The translations under genes were made by a program, and so were the position numbers. Shown in pieces: positions 18,467-20,000 of a stretch of 20,000 bases of DNA. The stretch comes from Thraustochytrium aureum. Taxonomy: Eukaryota. The notes beneath the pieces are model-generated. The model saw nothing but the letters and a program-made list of their open reading frames with translations. It was not told the origin of the DNA and ran no database searches. Numbering within the stretch: the first letter of the stretch is position 1; every line of letters starts with the position of its first letter. Where the stretch lies: contig BLSG01000397.1 of the NCBI GenBank assembly GCA_012862495.1, positions 132,103 to 152,102 of the forward strand. Reading direction: 5' to 3'.

Positions 18467-20000
18467 ATGTTCAGCTTCAGCAGGCGTCGGCGGTCACAAG
18501 CAAAGCGAGAGTCTGCGCCCACCGCGAAGACTGCTGATGCCAAGCAGGAGGACGCAAAGGCCGAGGCGGGCGATGGCCGACTCAGGATCATGATCTCGTA
18601 CGAGTGGAAGTCGACAGTTCATGGACGCTCCACCAAGGACATCGTGGACAAAACCGCAAAGTGGATGGAGCGCAAGAAAGGTTGGGACGTGTGGTACGAT
18701 CGACAATGCCTTGCAAGTGGCGATATTGTGGATAAGATGACTCATGCCATTGACGAGGCCGACATCGTTGTCGTGCTCCTCACGGACGAGTACGCGCGCA
18801 AAGTCAACCACGGGCAAAACGACGACAACTGCCGACGAGAGTTTCGCTACGCGGCCAAGCAGAAGCCTGGCCGGATCGTTGTTCTTGTTGCCTCCGAGAG
18901 TATGGCCGACCAGAGCAACTGGAAAGGCCAGATCGGTGGCAACCTCGCCGAGGAGCTCTTCCAAAAGCTTCTAAAGGACTTCCAGGCGACAATGGAGGGC
19001 CTGGCGGGCATCATCGAAGCCACGGTCAGAACCAAAGTCAAGGACGGGCAAAGGCGCTTGGACGATTCAAAAGTCAACGAACTGGAGACGGCTGGACTTC
19101 GCACCGTTTTGGACGTGCCATCTGGGCTTAGTCCACTGTTTTGGGCCAAGCACGCTGCAGCCAAATACGAGCAAGACACCCGCAAGAATGTAATCATGAA
19201 GGTCAAATCTTGGTACCGCGACGACCTCAAGAGTCAACGGGCAATGGTACTCCTTGGACCCCCTGGATTCGGCAAGTCCGTACTCGCGGCTATGCTTTGT
19301 TGCGAGGGCGGCCTGTTGGCTGGCGTAACGTCGAACACACGCAAATCAAAGCGGTTCACTTACGATCCACGCCGCTGGAGCAAAAGGGGTCACAAACGTG
19401 ACGAGCTTGTCGTGGGGGCGGCACACTTTTTCAAGTACGATGATTCTGACGCAAAGACGGTTCGGACGTGTATTTACTCGGTCGCCAATCAGCTCGCAAG
19501 CTCGAGTCTTCTTCCTGGGTTTGAAGGCGAGCTTGGGAAGCTCGAGCAAGCCGAGCTCGACGACACAAAGGACCTTTTCAAGGTGTTCTTGCGGGTCATC
19601 GCGGAACCCTGCAAAACGATCGATCCACCGCCGCAAACAAACATCGTCGTCATTCTCGATGCTCTGGATGAGGTTATCGAAGGAGACCGAAATGCTTTGC
19701 TTAAGATCATTCGCAATTGGGCTGAACATGCACCTTCATGGCTTGGCGTGCTTGTTACATCTCGGCCGGACGACGAGATCAAGGAGGAGCTTGGCAAGTT
19801 CAAGCCCTATGTTTTTCAGCTAGATGACGCGGACAACTTCGAGGACGTCAAACAGTTCCTTTGCGCCAACCTCAAGCGGTACTTGGAAAACCCCTCAGAA
19901 GAGCTGGCGTCGGCGTTGGAGCTCATCGCGAACCGGGCCAAAGGCCTGTTTTTGTACGCGCGTTTCATTAGCGAGCAGCTCGCAAAGTGCGGCGAGAAAA
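18467..20000 (+). CDS. TIR-NACHT (STAND/NLR-like) protein, 3'-truncated by window; absent from the supplied ORF track
   Basis: Manual translation from ATG 18467 is open to 20000. TIR_2-like part: MFSFSRRRRS...RLRIMISYEW...GWDVWYD...GDIVDKMTHAIDEADIVVVLLTDEYARKV...DNCRREFRYA...RIVVLV...W. NACHT part: Walker A GPPGFGKS (19256-19279), AAHFFK, SVANQLA, Walker B IVVILDALDE (19643-19672), LVTSRPD (19751-19771), EDVKQFL, AKGLFLYA (GLFLYA at 19943-19960), resembling HET-E/NWD-type NACHT. Confidence 0.92.
   Translation, partial: MFSFSRRRRSQAKRESAPTAKTADAKQEDAKAEAGDGRLRIMISYEWKSTVHGRSTKDIVDKTAKWMERKKGWDVWYDRQCLASGDIVDKMTHAIDEADIVVVLLTDEYARKVNHGQNDDNCRREFRYAAKQKPGRIVVLVASESMADQSNWKGQIGGNLAEELFQKLLKDFQATMEGLAGIIEATVRTKVKDGQRRLDDSKVNELETAGLRTVLDVPSGLSPLFWAKHAAAKYEQDTRKNVIMKVKSWYRDDLKSQRAMVLLGPPGFGKSVLAAMLCCEGGLLAGVTSNTRKSKRFTYDPRRWSKRGHKRDELVVGAAHFFKYDDSDAKTVRTCIYSVANQLASSSLLPGFEGELGKLEQAELDDTKDLFKVFLRVIAEPCKTIDPPPQTNIVVILDALDEVIEGDRNALLKIIRNWAEHAPSWLGVLVTSRPDDEIKEELGKFKPYVFQLDDADNFEDVKQFLCANLKRYLENPSEELASALELIANRAKGLFLYARFISEQLAKCGEK

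Noticed and set aside
18573..18593. ATG 18573 as a frameshifted start of the TIR gene
   Set aside because: ATG 18467 is already in frame with the TIR domain with no intervening stop.

Overview
GC-rich, gene-dense, apparently intron-poor eukaryotic draft scaffold with four N gaps. The taxon is probably a protist; a stramenopile/labyrinthulomycete is only an impression. Five genes lie on alternating strands (+ - + - +). (1) The 3' ~7.6 kb of a VPS13 lipid-transfer gene, with a Tudor/SH3-like module inserted in its VAB region and a C-terminal PDZ domain. (2) H/ACA snoRNP subunit NHP2. (3) A ~1470-aa membrane protein of unfamiliar architecture: two DUF4476/PROSER1-like helical units, a MIDAS-degenerate VWA domain and two tandem TspO-related multi-TM units. 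(4) Condensin subunit CAP-G. (5) An ORF missing from the supplied track because it runs off the window end: an NLR-like TIR-NACHT protein with an intact putative NADase glutamate and lower GC than its neighbours. The three long genes are broken by six single-base frameshifts (seven if one gap is closed), most likely assembly errors. All domain calls are by-eye motif recognition, not database searches.
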